Shown piece after piece: positions 1 through 8,855 of a DNA stretch of 64,000 bases. Numbering within the stretch: the stretch's first letter is position 1; every line of letters starts with the position of its first letter. The translations under genes were made by a program, and so were the position numbers. The DNA comes from an uncultured Candidatus Saccharibacteria bacterium (GTDB lineage: Bacteria > Patescibacteriota > Minisyncoccia > Phycocordibacterales > UBA9973): positions 167,097-231,096 of the forward strand of contig CAZGOI010000001.1 in NCBI GenBank assembly GCA_964527185.1, written 5' to 3'. The notes under the pieces are model-generated. The model did not search any database. It saw only the letters and a program-made list of their open reading frames with translations, and was not told the origin of the DNA.

Positions 1-154
1 ATGGAAATTAAAAAGATTATCTAGGACTATTCAAACATATCTTATCCATCAAAGACTTGGGAACATCGAATGGCAATTCGACCTTTTGCTTGTTTATATT
101 GACACTGAAAACAGACTGGCTAGAGTTAGAACAATAGACAATATTATTTTATAA
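1..154 (+). CDS. YraN/UPF0102 family protein, 3' part (truncated by window edge)
   Basis: Frame 2 reads WKLKRLSRTIQTYL...WQFDLLLVYID...NIIL*, resembling the YraN C-terminus (K..R....YL ... FD). Confidence 0.6.
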   Translation, partial: WKLKRLSRTIQTYLIHQRLGNIEWQFDLLLVYIDTENRLARVRTIDNIIL

Positions 155-155
155 A

Positions 156-229
156 TGGTGCGGGATAGGGGAATCGAACCCCTGCTTACAGTTTGGAAAA
201 CTGTCATTCTACCACTAAACTAATCCCGC
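156..229 (-). tRNA. tRNA-Gly(TCC)
   Basis: Reverse complement folds as a cloverleaf: GCGGGAT acceptor, anticodon arm ACAGT-TTTCCAA-ACTGT, GGTTCGATTCC T-arm, encoded CCA. Confidence 0.95.
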
Positions 230-237
230 GTATTTTG

Positions 238-310
238 TCGGGGTGCCGGGATTCGAACCCGGAGTCGCCTGTTCCCAAAACAGGAATGTTAGCCGTTACA
301 CCACACCCCG
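238..310 (-). tRNA. tRNA-Pro(TGG)
   Basis: Reverse complement CGGGGTG...CCTGT-TTTGGGA-ACAGG...GGTTCGAATCC...CACCCCG-A. Confidence 0.93.
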
Positions 311-389
311 AAAATCATAAAAACATTTGTCTATCTTATCATATTTTATATTAAAAACAATTGTAATTTAACACTCCTATGCTATCATT

Positions 390-1124
390 ATGGAATATAA
401 TATGAGGTTTTTGTTTATAATCTTTACTTTTATATCCACTTTTATTGGCGGGCTATTTGGTTTGAAATTTAAAAATAAAATGCACCTACTGCTTGGGTTT
501 ACTGCCGGCGTCATCCTCGGAGTAATCGCATTTGATATATTACCAGAAATCATGAAAATGATTGGAGTCACTGGTGTAGATCCTATATTTCCAATGATAT
601 TTCTAGTTTTAGGGTTCATACTTTTTCACATTGCTGAAAAAATTCTTCTTGTTCATCACAATCATGAAGATCAATATGGCCCACACACCCATAAAACGGT
701 AGGGAAGTTCCAAGCACTAGCACTATCGGGGCACTCATTTCTTGATGGTGTTGGTATCGGACTTGGTTTCCAAGTTTCAACAACAACTGGTATATTTGTT
801 GCTCTGGCAGTAATCGCCCATGATTTTGCCGATGGTCTCAATACCGTTTCTCTTATGCTTCGCCACCACAACACTGATAAACGGGCGATACAATTTTTGT
901 TTATCGATGCTTTTGCACCAGTGCTCGGAGGCTTGTCTACGCTTTTATTTAGTCTTTCTGAAAAAACACTCCTAGCCTATCTTGGGTTTTTTGCTGGATT
1001 CCTACTTTATATTGGCGTCTCAGATATACTTCCCGAGGCACACAGCAAAAACTCATCACTCAAAACTGTATTAATGACAATCACTGGAGTACTTTTTATA
1101 TTCTTAGTAACGCGAGCAATATAA
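390..1124 (+). CDS. ZIP family metal (zinc) transporter
   Basis: Multiple TM helices, His-rich loop HHNHEDQYGPHTH, HSFLDG and HDFADG motifs, DILPEAH. Confidence 0.9.
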   Translation: MEYNMRFLFIIFTFISTFIGGLFGLKFKNKMHLLLGFTAGVILGVIAFDILPEIMKMIGVTGVDPIFPMIFLVLGFILFHIAEKILLVHHNHEDQYGPHTHKTVGKFQALALSGHSFLDGVGIGLGFQVSTTTGIFVALAVIAHDFADGLNTVSLMLRHHNTDKRAIQFLFIDAFAPVLGGLSTLLFSLSEKTLLAYLGFFAGFLLYIGVSDILPEAHSKNSSLKTVLMTITGVLFIFLVTRAI

Positions 1125-1151
1125 AAGTCCTGATTTTTTAGATCAGGACTT
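1123..1151. terminator. Bidirectional intrinsic terminator between convergent genes
   Basis: AAGTCCTGAT-N-ATCAGGACTT inverted repeat. Confidence 0.6.
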
Positions 1152-2200
1152 CAGTTCTTCTTAGTCTCCTTACCCAACTCTCTCATTTTTAAAATGTGTG
1201 ACCAAATTGCTCCGCCAAGCTTTTCATAATTATGATAGGGGAGGTTTAGTTTCACACATTCCTCTTCTACCATCTTGCTAATAGCAGGATAGTGTACGTG
1301 TGACACGTAGTAGTACAAGTGATGCTCAACTTGAAAATTGAGTCCACCTATGTACCATGTCAATAGCCCACTTCTCTTTGCAAAGTTAGCCGTTGTGCGT
1401 AACTGGTGTACAATATCTCGCCTCACTGTTCCATTTTCTGACGCATCCAGCATTTCAGTCTTCTCGACAACGTGTGCAAGCTGAAATACAAAGCTGATGA
1501 TAACACCCGTCACCATAGTTGTAATAATGTAGCCGATAATTACTGTAGTAAAATCATGGTGTGTAAGTGGTAGGCCGATAAAAATAGCAACATGGATCAG
1601 TTTACTGAAGATCATCTTTAGATAATCAGTAAATTTATAGCCAAGATTTTTTGCTTTGATAAAATCAAGCAAATAAACCCAACCAAGATGAGAAAGCGGG
1701 TATAAAAGTAGTGGCATATAGATATGTTGGTATCTATGCCACCAGTACCGTTTCTGACTTGGGTGCAGCCTAGCAAATTTTCCAAAATCCAAATCCCCAT
1801 CGAGGCCATTGATATTGGTATTCATATGGTGGTCGGCATTGTGCTGAGCTTCCCATATGGGCCAATATCCACCTAGAAGGTTAAGTGAATAACTGAAAAA
1901 AGTGTTCCACATTTTTTTGCTACTAAAACTACGATGCACTGCATCGTGCATAACATTAAACCCAATTCCTGCTACCACAATTCCTAGTATTACCGAGGAA
2001 AAGTAGTAAAGTGGTTTAGATAAAATGTCTGTCGAAAGTAAAAATAGAATTAAAATAAGAGATAAAAAGAGCAACAAGGCTTTAAAATAGAGCCTGATAT
2101 CACCAGTGCGTTTGCGATTATGAAGGTACCCAGCAAGTCGCTGGCGCATATTCAAATCAAACGCCTGTGATCGCTGGTCGATCATAAAAGTTTTTTGCAT
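1151..2200 (-). CDS. Membrane fatty acid (acyl-CoA/linoleoyl-CoA type) desaturase
   Basis: Three His boxes HDAVH, HNADHH, QVEHH; GGLNFQVEHHL; TM segments. Confidence 0.9.
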   Translation of the reverse strand: MQKTFMIDQRSQAFDLNMRQRLAGYLHNRKRTGDIRLYFKALLLFLSLILILFLLSTDILSKPLYYFSSVILGIVVAGIGFNVMHDAVHRSFSSKKMWNTFFSYSLNLLGGYWPIWEAQHNADHHMNTNINGLDGDLDFGKFARLHPSQKRYWWHRYQHIYMPLLLYPLSHLGWVYLLDFIKAKNLGYKFTDYLKMIFSKLIHVAIFIGLPLTHHDFTTVIIGYIITTMVTGVIISFVFQLAHVVEKTEMLDASENGTVRRDIVHQLRTTANFAKRSGLLTWYIGGLNFQVEHHLYYYVSHVHYPAISKMVEEECVKLNLPYHNYEKLGGAIWSHILKMRELGKETKKN

Positions 2201-2308
2201 GGTAAAATTTTTAATGTTTTTTTTATCATACCATGCAATCAGTTAATAAAAAACCACTCTAGATAGAATTGAGTGGTTTTTTATTTTTTGTGTTTTGCAA
2301 AACGCAAA

Positions 2309-2581
2309 CTATTTGACTGCGTCTTTTAAAGCTTTAGCAGCTCTAAATTTTGGCACTCGTGTTGCAGGGACCTTGACCTGTTCACCAGTCTTTGGGTTGC
2401 GGGCCATACGTGCGGCGCGCTGCTTGACTGAGAAGATTCCAATACCTGCGATCGATACTTCTTCGCCCTTTTTCAAGGTAGCGACTATAGCATCAAACAT
2501 TCCATTCACGACTTCCTCGGCTTGTACTTTAGTACCTCCAATTTTACCGTGAACCCATTCTACTAATGCTTGTTTATTCAT
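2309..2581 (-). CDS. hup: HU family DNA-binding protein
   Basis: MNKQAL...GIGIFSVKQRAARMARNPKTGEQVKVPA..PKFRAAKALKDAVK. Confidence 0.95.
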   Translation of the reverse strand: MNKQALVEWVHGKIGGTKVQAEEVVNGMFDAIVATLKKGEEVSIAGIGIFSVKQRAARMARNPKTGEQVKVPATRVPKFRAAKALKDAVK

Positions 2582-2807
2582 TATTTTTTTCTCATATTCT
2601 GATAAACATAAGAATTCTATCTGAATAATATTCGACCGTTTGCAAACGTATTCCTTAAAATAGGAGTAATACTATTATATACCAAGGTATTTTTTATACA
2701 AGTAAATATAAAATTTGACAAAATGCTAATTCTATTTCAATAAATCAATTTTAAAACCACAATTACACAATGAATTTTCAACAAACATGTTATAATCACG
2801 TTTACGT

Positions 2808-3188
2808 ATGAGTGGAATCACTAGAACTTTCGTTAGAAGCAAGGAAACAATGGATCGATATATAAGGGAAGCAAGCGAAAAGGTCACAAATGACCCATTT
2901 ATGACTTGGGATGGAGGAGTAATAAAAGAATTTGAGAATTGGGTGATTATAGACAACAAATACCCATATGACGCTATTGCAAGTACCAGCCATATACTTT
3001 GTACAAAGAGGCAGGTGTTGTTTAAATGGGAACTTTTGACCGAAGGAGAGGTAGACGAGCTAAGCCATATAAAGAAAAACTACCTGAACAATAATTATGA
3101 TATTATCTGGGAAAATTTACCAAAAGGCCAAACAGTCCCAGTGCATTTTCATCTCAACCTTTTGATACTCAAACGTGAACCAGCATAA
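2808..3188 (+). CDS. HIT-like protein (degenerate histidine triad)
   Basis: NKYPYD...HIL and C-terminal QTVPVHFHLNL resembling the HxHxH motif. Confidence 0.5.
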   Translation: MSGITRTFVRSKETMDRYIREASEKVTNDPFMTWDGGVIKEFENWVIIDNKYPYDAIASTSHILCTKRQVLFKWELLTEGEVDELSHIKKNYLNNNYDIIWENLPKGQTVPVHFHLNLLILKREPA

Positions 3189-3189
3189 T

Positions 3190-3216
3190 AAAAATCCCGA
3201 CTGAGTCGGGATTTTT
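3190..3216. terminator. Bidirectional intrinsic terminator
   Basis: AAAAATCCCGAC-TGA-GTCGGGATTTTT. Confidence 0.75.
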
Positions 3217-3217
3217 A

Positions 3218-4744
3218 TTATCTTGCATATTCTATAACTCTATTTTCGCGTATGACTGTGACCTTGATCTCGCCAGGATAGGTTAGTTCTTGTTCTATTT
3301 TCTTGGCAATATCGTGAGCCAAATCTTTTGATTGAATATCACTTAACTTTTCTGGTGTGACAAATATTCTGATTTCACGTCCGGCAGATAAGGCATATGA
3401 CTTTTCAACCCCCTCAAAACTTTTAGCTAACGCCTCGAGGTCCTGCAGTCTCTTGATGTAATTTTCCACAGAATCACGGCGTGCCCCAGGACGACCACCA
3501 GAGATCATATCTGCTGTTTGAACTATAACTGCCTCGATAGATTCGTGCGGGCAATCATCGTGGTGACTTTTCATAGCTGTAATGATGCGTGGATCGGCTC
3601 CAAATTTTTGAAGGATTCTAATACCTATGTCTATATGCGTGCCTTGGACTTCGTGGTCGAGAGCTTTACCGATATCGTGTACTAGGGCGCCAGCTTTGGC
3701 AATCTGGATGTCTGCGCCTAATTCTTCGGCAAGCATTCCAGCAATGTGGGCCATCTCGATTGAATGCTGAAGAACGTTTTGGCCGTATGATGTGCGGAAG
3801 TACAAACGACCAATTATAGCGACGATGCGCGGATCGAGATTAAAAATTCCACATTCATATACCGCTTGGTCACCCTTATCTTTAATAATTTTGTTTATAT
3901 CTTCTTGGGCTTTGACTACAACCTCTTCAATCTTGGCTGGTTGAATTCGACCATCAAGTATCAAATTCTCGAGGGCGAGCCTGGCAACTTGGCGACGAAC
4001 AGGGTCAAAAGATGATATGACAATTGCACCTGGAGTCTCATCGATAATAAGTTCAACCCCAGCTGCCCGTTCAAATGCTCGGATATTACGACCCTCTTTG
4101 CCAATAATCTTGCCCTTGACTTCATCATTTGGAATATTGACCGAAGTCGTCATCATCTCGCTCGCTGTTGACGAGGCAAGACGATTGATCGAGGCCGCTA
4201 TAATATCTTTTGCCCGACGATCAAGCTTTTCAGTATTTGCAACTTCCATCTTTTGCATACGTACCAGCAAATCTTCTTCGTAACGACTCTCAATGTTTTT
4301 AAACAAAACTCCTTTGGCGTCTTCGACAGAAAGATGTGCGATTTTTTCAAGCTCACTTTCTTTTTCAGCTTCGATGTTGTCGATACGTTCTTTTATTTTT
4401 TTTACTTCCTCTACTTTTATTTTTACATTTTCGACTTCTTTATCTATCTCGACTTGTCGAGCATCGAGCAATTCTTCTTTTTTAATCAAACGATGCTCTG
4501 TTTGCTTGAACTCTTCTTCTTTTTTTGCGGCTGATTGCTGAGACTCTTCTGTTTTTTCCTCGGCCTTTTTCTTGGCTTCATCGAGCACTCTCTGGGCCTC
4601 TTCTTTGGCACCGAGCATAATTTGCTTGATCTCAAGCTCCATCGAACCCTTCTGACCGAGGGAGATAATGACTCGCAAATAGTAACCAAGACCAACCCCA
4701 GCGACAAGCGCCAGAGCTGAAATTACAATTGCTGTTAAACTCAT
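3218..4744 (-). CDS. rny: Ribonuclease Y
   Basis: N-terminal TM, coiled coil, KH domain (KGKIIGKEGRNIRAFE), HD domain (HDIGKA). Confidence 0.97.
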   Translation of the reverse strand: MSLTAIVISALALVAGVGLGYYLRVIISLGQKGSMELEIKQIMLGAKEEAQRVLDEAKKKAEEKTEESQQSAAKKEEEFKQTEHRLIKKEELLDARQVEIDKEVENVKIKVEEVKKIKERIDNIEAEKESELEKIAHLSVEDAKGVLFKNIESRYEEDLLVRMQKMEVANTEKLDRRAKDIIAASINRLASSTASEMMTTSVNIPNDEVKGKIIGKEGRNIRAFERAAGVELIIDETPGAIVISSFDPVRRQVARLALENLILDGRIQPAKIEEVVVKAQEDINKIIKDKGDQAVYECGIFNLDPRIVAIIGRLYFRTSYGQNVLQHSIEMAHIAGMLAEELGADIQIAKAGALVHDIGKALDHEVQGTHIDIGIRILQKFGADPRIITAMKSHHDDCPHESIEAVIVQTADMISGGRPGARRDSVENYIKRLQDLEALAKSFEGVEKSYALSAGREIRIFVTPEKLSDIQSKDLAHDIAKKIEQELTYPGEIKVTVIRENRVIEYAR

Positions 4745-4989
4745 AAAAGTGACAGTGTCACTTAAAAAACACGCATTATCTTAGAAGCGTCATATATTTG
4801 AAATTCTTATACGAACGATCGATGGAAAGGAAACTTTTGTTCATAAAATAAATTAAACTCATCAGCAGTATCAGATAAAACCGTATTTTAAAAGCGAGCA
4901 CCAAAAATAACTGTTAAAATTCGATATATCTATAGTACCGCACAATGGTATTTTTGTCTATATATGATAGATTTGCTAGAATTAAGAGT

Positions 4990-6905
4990 ATGAAATTTGA
5001 TACGCCTCCTCAACTTGCCAAGAAAAAAGACAATAAGAAAGAAATCAGAGAATTGGAAGAGAAATTTGTCAAAGATTTACAGGAAGTTAAAGACGATGAC
5101 TATATCAAAATAGCTTTGAAATATTTTTACTCGGATACTATACCAAAAGAAATCAAAACCCACATCTATGATTTGCTCTATACTGATCCAGACGGCGGTG
5201 GAGCATTCGTCGCTACAAAAAAAGATTCCACGTTTCTTGCGCCATTCTCAACAAGTGTCGAATCCTTTGAGGATCAATTAAGTTTTATAAATGGTAGACC
5301 AGAGAAGATAGTAGAAGACACTAGTATTGTCGAATCTTTTCATTATTATTGCGTTCTCTTGAAAGACGATCTTCCGTCTTTGGGCCAGAAATTTGAAAAC
5401 AGGTATAAAGATTTAAAAAAACTAGCTCAAAAAAGAGGCAGAGAAATAGCCAAGAGAAATTATTTCTTAGGAAGATACTTGGAAAATATAAATCTATCAC
5501 CACCCTGGGATCAAGGATTCAATCCAAAAGAAATCTCACCTAGTATGTACGTAGCCATCAATGGTCATGAAGTTTCAATATCTGACGGTAGTCCAGTGAG
5601 CGCAAAAAAGATTTTCGCTCTCAAGAAAAAATTTGATACCCTTGCTGAAAAAACACATGCTGACTACTATAGTGCAACGACACGTGATAAACCTGATCCC
5701 ACGGCGGAGCAAATTTTTAATAAACGTCAGCGGGAGCTTGGCGAACTGCGGCAAAAGTTAAAATCCTACTTCTCTACTCCGCAAGGACAAGATTTTTTTA
5801 CAGTCTCGACCCCACATATTCCCCCAGAGGGGATTCCAACAGTTTTTCGTTTCATGTCCCAAGGCGGAGTACGAGATGTCTTTGAGAAGACATTTAATGT
5901 TGGATTAAATTCTTTTTCTTTTCCGGAGCAATTCCGCATCTTTGAATTTATGTATACAGCGGGGGAAGATACAGTTATGAAAATTAAATCCTTGTCTGAT
6001 TCTAAGAAATTTGGAGTAACGTTCTTTAGGACCTTTCTCTCCATTGAGCAAGGTGGCAAGGAGATGGGCGATAAGATAATAAAAATTGCCGAGAAATTAC
6101 CGTACTTAAATGCTAGGATGATTTTTAAAAAGTATTCAGAAATAATAGATAGCGCTAATAAAATCACTGAAGTTCTAAAGAATCGGTTTGGCAAAGAAGA
6201 GACTCCAGAACTAGCAAACGCTATCAGGGAAAATGTGCTAAAAAAAGCAAAGATTTACTAGCCAGTTCAGAGGGTCGACTTGACTTATGTCAAGATAAGG
6301 AATGTGTCAACATAGGCGCAGATATAGAACGAGAACTGAAGCATATTCATGAGGAAAATATTTTACTCGCAGGTGCATATAAAAATTTAATAAAATCAGA
6401 AAACATTAAACTAGATGAAATCAAAGGCATTTCCCTTTCCATGGAAAATACAGTAGAAGGGGTAGCTAATTATCAGGACGAAATGATGCGCATTTATAAA
6501 GAGAACCGTAAAAATTATCCCCAGAACCTTTTAAAAGAAACTACAGAAGAATTCAGATCTATTCTAAATGAGCCTAGGGGTAATGAATTCTATATTCTAA
6601 AGAACAAGGAAGATATTTTGGCTTTTATGAGATTTGATCTACTTCCAAATGGCAACTACTATGCAGGTTCACTTAATGGTCGTAACGAAATTCACGGACT
6701 TGCCTTGGGTGGCTCGCTTTTAAAAGAACTTCTTAAAAGAAAATCCCAAGAGCACAATATTGAAGCTGTGGTATATGAGCAAAATCCAATGCTAGATAGA
6801 TATTTGAACGAATTCGGTTTCAAAGTCGCAGGCGAGATAGCAAACTATAAAAATACTGGTCAGAAATTCTACAAACTAGAGGTTAAGAAAGGTTCTCTTT
6901 CTTAG
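4990..6905 (+). pseudogene. Large hypothetical protein with GNAT-like C-terminal domain, split by a -1 frameshift near 6240-6252 (ORFs 4990..6261 and 6441..6905)
   Basis: The frame of the 6441 ORF is open back through 6252 (DLLASSEGRL...SLSMENT); the upstream ORF stops at 6261 just after an A7 run; start 4990 lies 7 nt after TAGAAT. Confidence 0.55.
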
Positions 6906-7674
6906 TTGTAACTCTCTCTCCATTTTCCCAAGCTTGTCTGAAGAAGATCTTGTGCATATTGGCTATGTCTTGATCTTCGATAATTATGCCGATCTTTTTA
7001 TTTTCGGATAAAGTCAAGTAACTTATTTTGTTATCGTAGATTTGCATGACTGTGCCGAAGTTCCGAATTTCTTTGGCTATGCGTACTTCAGTCAATTCAT
7101 TGTTTATTTGTCTTGCATGTTCTTTAGCATAATCACTGTCTGGCGAGAGCATTTCTTTTTTTATCCCAAGCTTTATTCTTTTTTTGACATAGTCTTCGTT
7201 TTCTTTAGGTACAAATTTATTTACTGCCTCATTGTCTATATATTGCAAAATCGTTTCCTTGCTATTTAAAGAATCATTTATCACTTCCATTATTCCTTCC
7301 TACCCTTCAAAAAACCTTACGTTTGGTTTACCGGAGAGCAGATTGTATTTAGAAGACAGTTGTCCTAGTCCAGCCGAGACTACGTCTTTAGCTAGCTCCA
7401 AGGATTTTTTGTCTCGCTCCATTTTGTCAAGAATAAGTGATGGATGGGCGGGGTAAAATACTGCGACAGTGCCTATGCCGCCCTTTTTTTCTACCAATCC
7501 CATGTTCTCAAGTTGCTCCAAGACTTTATATGTCAAACCTCTTTTTATACCTGTCCAAACGGAAAGAGGGGTTGCTTTTTGTGGACCCTTGTCTAGGAGT
7601 GTTTGGTAGGTCATAGCCTGCTCTTCAGAGAGTCCAGCTTGTTTTAAGATATTTTCCTCACTCTCATTATTCAT
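6883..7674 (-). pseudogene. TrmB-family transcriptional regulator (N-terminal HTH plus effector domain) interrupted by an in-frame TAG at 7300-7302
   Basis: LKQAGLSEEQAMTYQTLL..GIKRGLTYKVLEQLENMGLV HTH; reads NVRFFEG*EGIMEVINDSL in one frame; C-part IYDNKISYL...GIIIEDQDIANM typical of CPR TrmB-like proteins. Confidence 0.75.
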
Positions 7675-7680
7675 ACAATA

Positions 7681-7816
7681 ATCATACACTATTTGTTTTT
7701 GTTATGTAAATATGACAATGTGGATAACTTTTTTATCTTTATTTATAAGACTATAATACCTACTATAGTTATTATATACATGTTATATTGACAAGATAAT
7801 TTAATTATGCTATACT
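7681..7816. promoter_or_regulatory. Divergent sigma70 promoters, each with a TGTNA-N3-TGACA operator-like palindrome over the -35
   Basis: Plus strand TTGACA(7788)-17-TATACT(7811); minus strand TTTACA-17-TATGAT(7681-7686); palindromes TGTAAATATGACA 7705-7717 and TGTTATATTGACA 7781-7793. Confidence 0.65.
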
Positions 7817-7821
7817 ATCTG

Positions 7822-8290
7822 CAGAAAAGTTGAGGAAGGCAAATCGAAAAAAATGATTCCAAGACAAGCACATTGAGGAGAGAGTATAGAGATTGATGTT
7901 CACTTCTGAACCCGAAAGAGGATGGCACCTAGGCCTGTAAGTTAGGAAAGAAGAGAAGGGAACTAAACACAATTTTTATAGAATCTGTTTGCACTGTGAA
8001 TTGCGAGTAAATCAAAGCCGCAAACCGAGATTAACGAGCAAAAATTCACAACCGTGTAATCTCAAGTTAAGACTCGAGAAGACATAGGCAGACCATAAAG
8101 GCCTAACCCACCTTTGTGATCTGAAATGTCTTTATGAAGGAATTCCGACTAGAGGAGAGATAAAAAAGTCGGAGAGCACAAATGAGGAGAGAGGCCTGCT
8201 TTGTGATAAAGGCAAATTCTTTGACAAGAAAATAGGAAGTAAATTTCTTGATGACTCACTTCGTGAAGTTTTTCATGGAGTGCGATCATC
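7822..8290 (+). ncRNA. Candidate long structured non-coding RNA or leader
   Basis: No ORF of 60 aa or more; consecutive stems with G-U pairs; three GAGGAGAGA copies; begins just after a consensus promoter. Confidence 0.45.
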
Positions 8291-8540
8291 AAAAAATAAA
8301 AAAATGAAAAATGTAGATCTTAGCCAGATATATACACTCTGGCATTGTGCAAACTCTTTTGGCCTTGGCGAATGGCTAACGGCCAAAAGACTCTCAGAAA
8401 AGATATGGTTTTTTCAAACAAATGACAATATCGGAGGGCACTTTTCTTTGGTCAAGGTCGGAAGCCTTGGGGAGATAAAAGAGTTTGTTCGGGAGAAATA
8501 CTCGGACAAAAAAATGGCAGAAGAAATTCTGTCCCTTTAG
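8280..8540 (+). CDS. Hypothetical protein (start may be ATG 8304)
   Basis: ORF track, 86 aa, no recognised motif. Confidence 0.5.
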   Translation: MRSSKNKKMKNVDLSQIYTLWHCANSFGLGEWLTAKRLSEKIWFFQTNDNIGGHFSLVKVGSLGEIKEFVREKYSDKKMAEEILSL

Positions 8541-8556
8541 ACATTTGGGTTAAATC

Positions 8557-8601
8557 AGCAAAGGTGAGATGACCTCAAACCTTTGCTTTCTTATTCGGTT
8601 T
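8557..8601 (+). repeat. Repeated hairpin module, copy 1
   Basis: AGCAAAGGT-loop-ACCTTTGCT followed by TTCTTATTCGGTTT; second copy at 10162-10205. Confidence 0.7.
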
Positions 8602-8855
8602 CTGATTCGCTTGCCGTGAGCTTGCCGAATGGGAGATCGATTGGAACAAAATTGGTAAGAGTAAAAAGTTTTTCTATAGAGGAGAATTTTTTACTCTTAC
8701 CAAGGAAAATGCGAGAGCATTAGTACCCTCCGTAAACTGATTCTCGTACCAGGCATGCCAGCCAGGAGGACGAGTGAGGTAAGAGTTGCTGCCGAGGGAA
8801 GCCCGGATGTAAATCCCAGACTAATTCAAATCCTCGACTGGGCGGGGTGAAATAA

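Noticed and set aside
4745-4935. rny upstream region as a 6S RNA or hammerhead (CTGATGAG on the minus strand)
   Set aside because: No long terminal stem and no matching GAAA core; only short hairpins
7300-7302. Possible genome-wide TAG or TGA reassignment
   Set aside because: Conserved genes end normally at TAG (VirD4-like, rpsN) and TGA (smpB), and no conserved gene has internal stops
7822-8290. RNase P RNA, SRP RNA or group I/II intron identity for the long non-coding region
   Set aside because: I could not find GAGGAAAGTCC/AACAGAA P4 motifs, the SRP GGAA tetraloop domain, or intron domain V / P7 signatures
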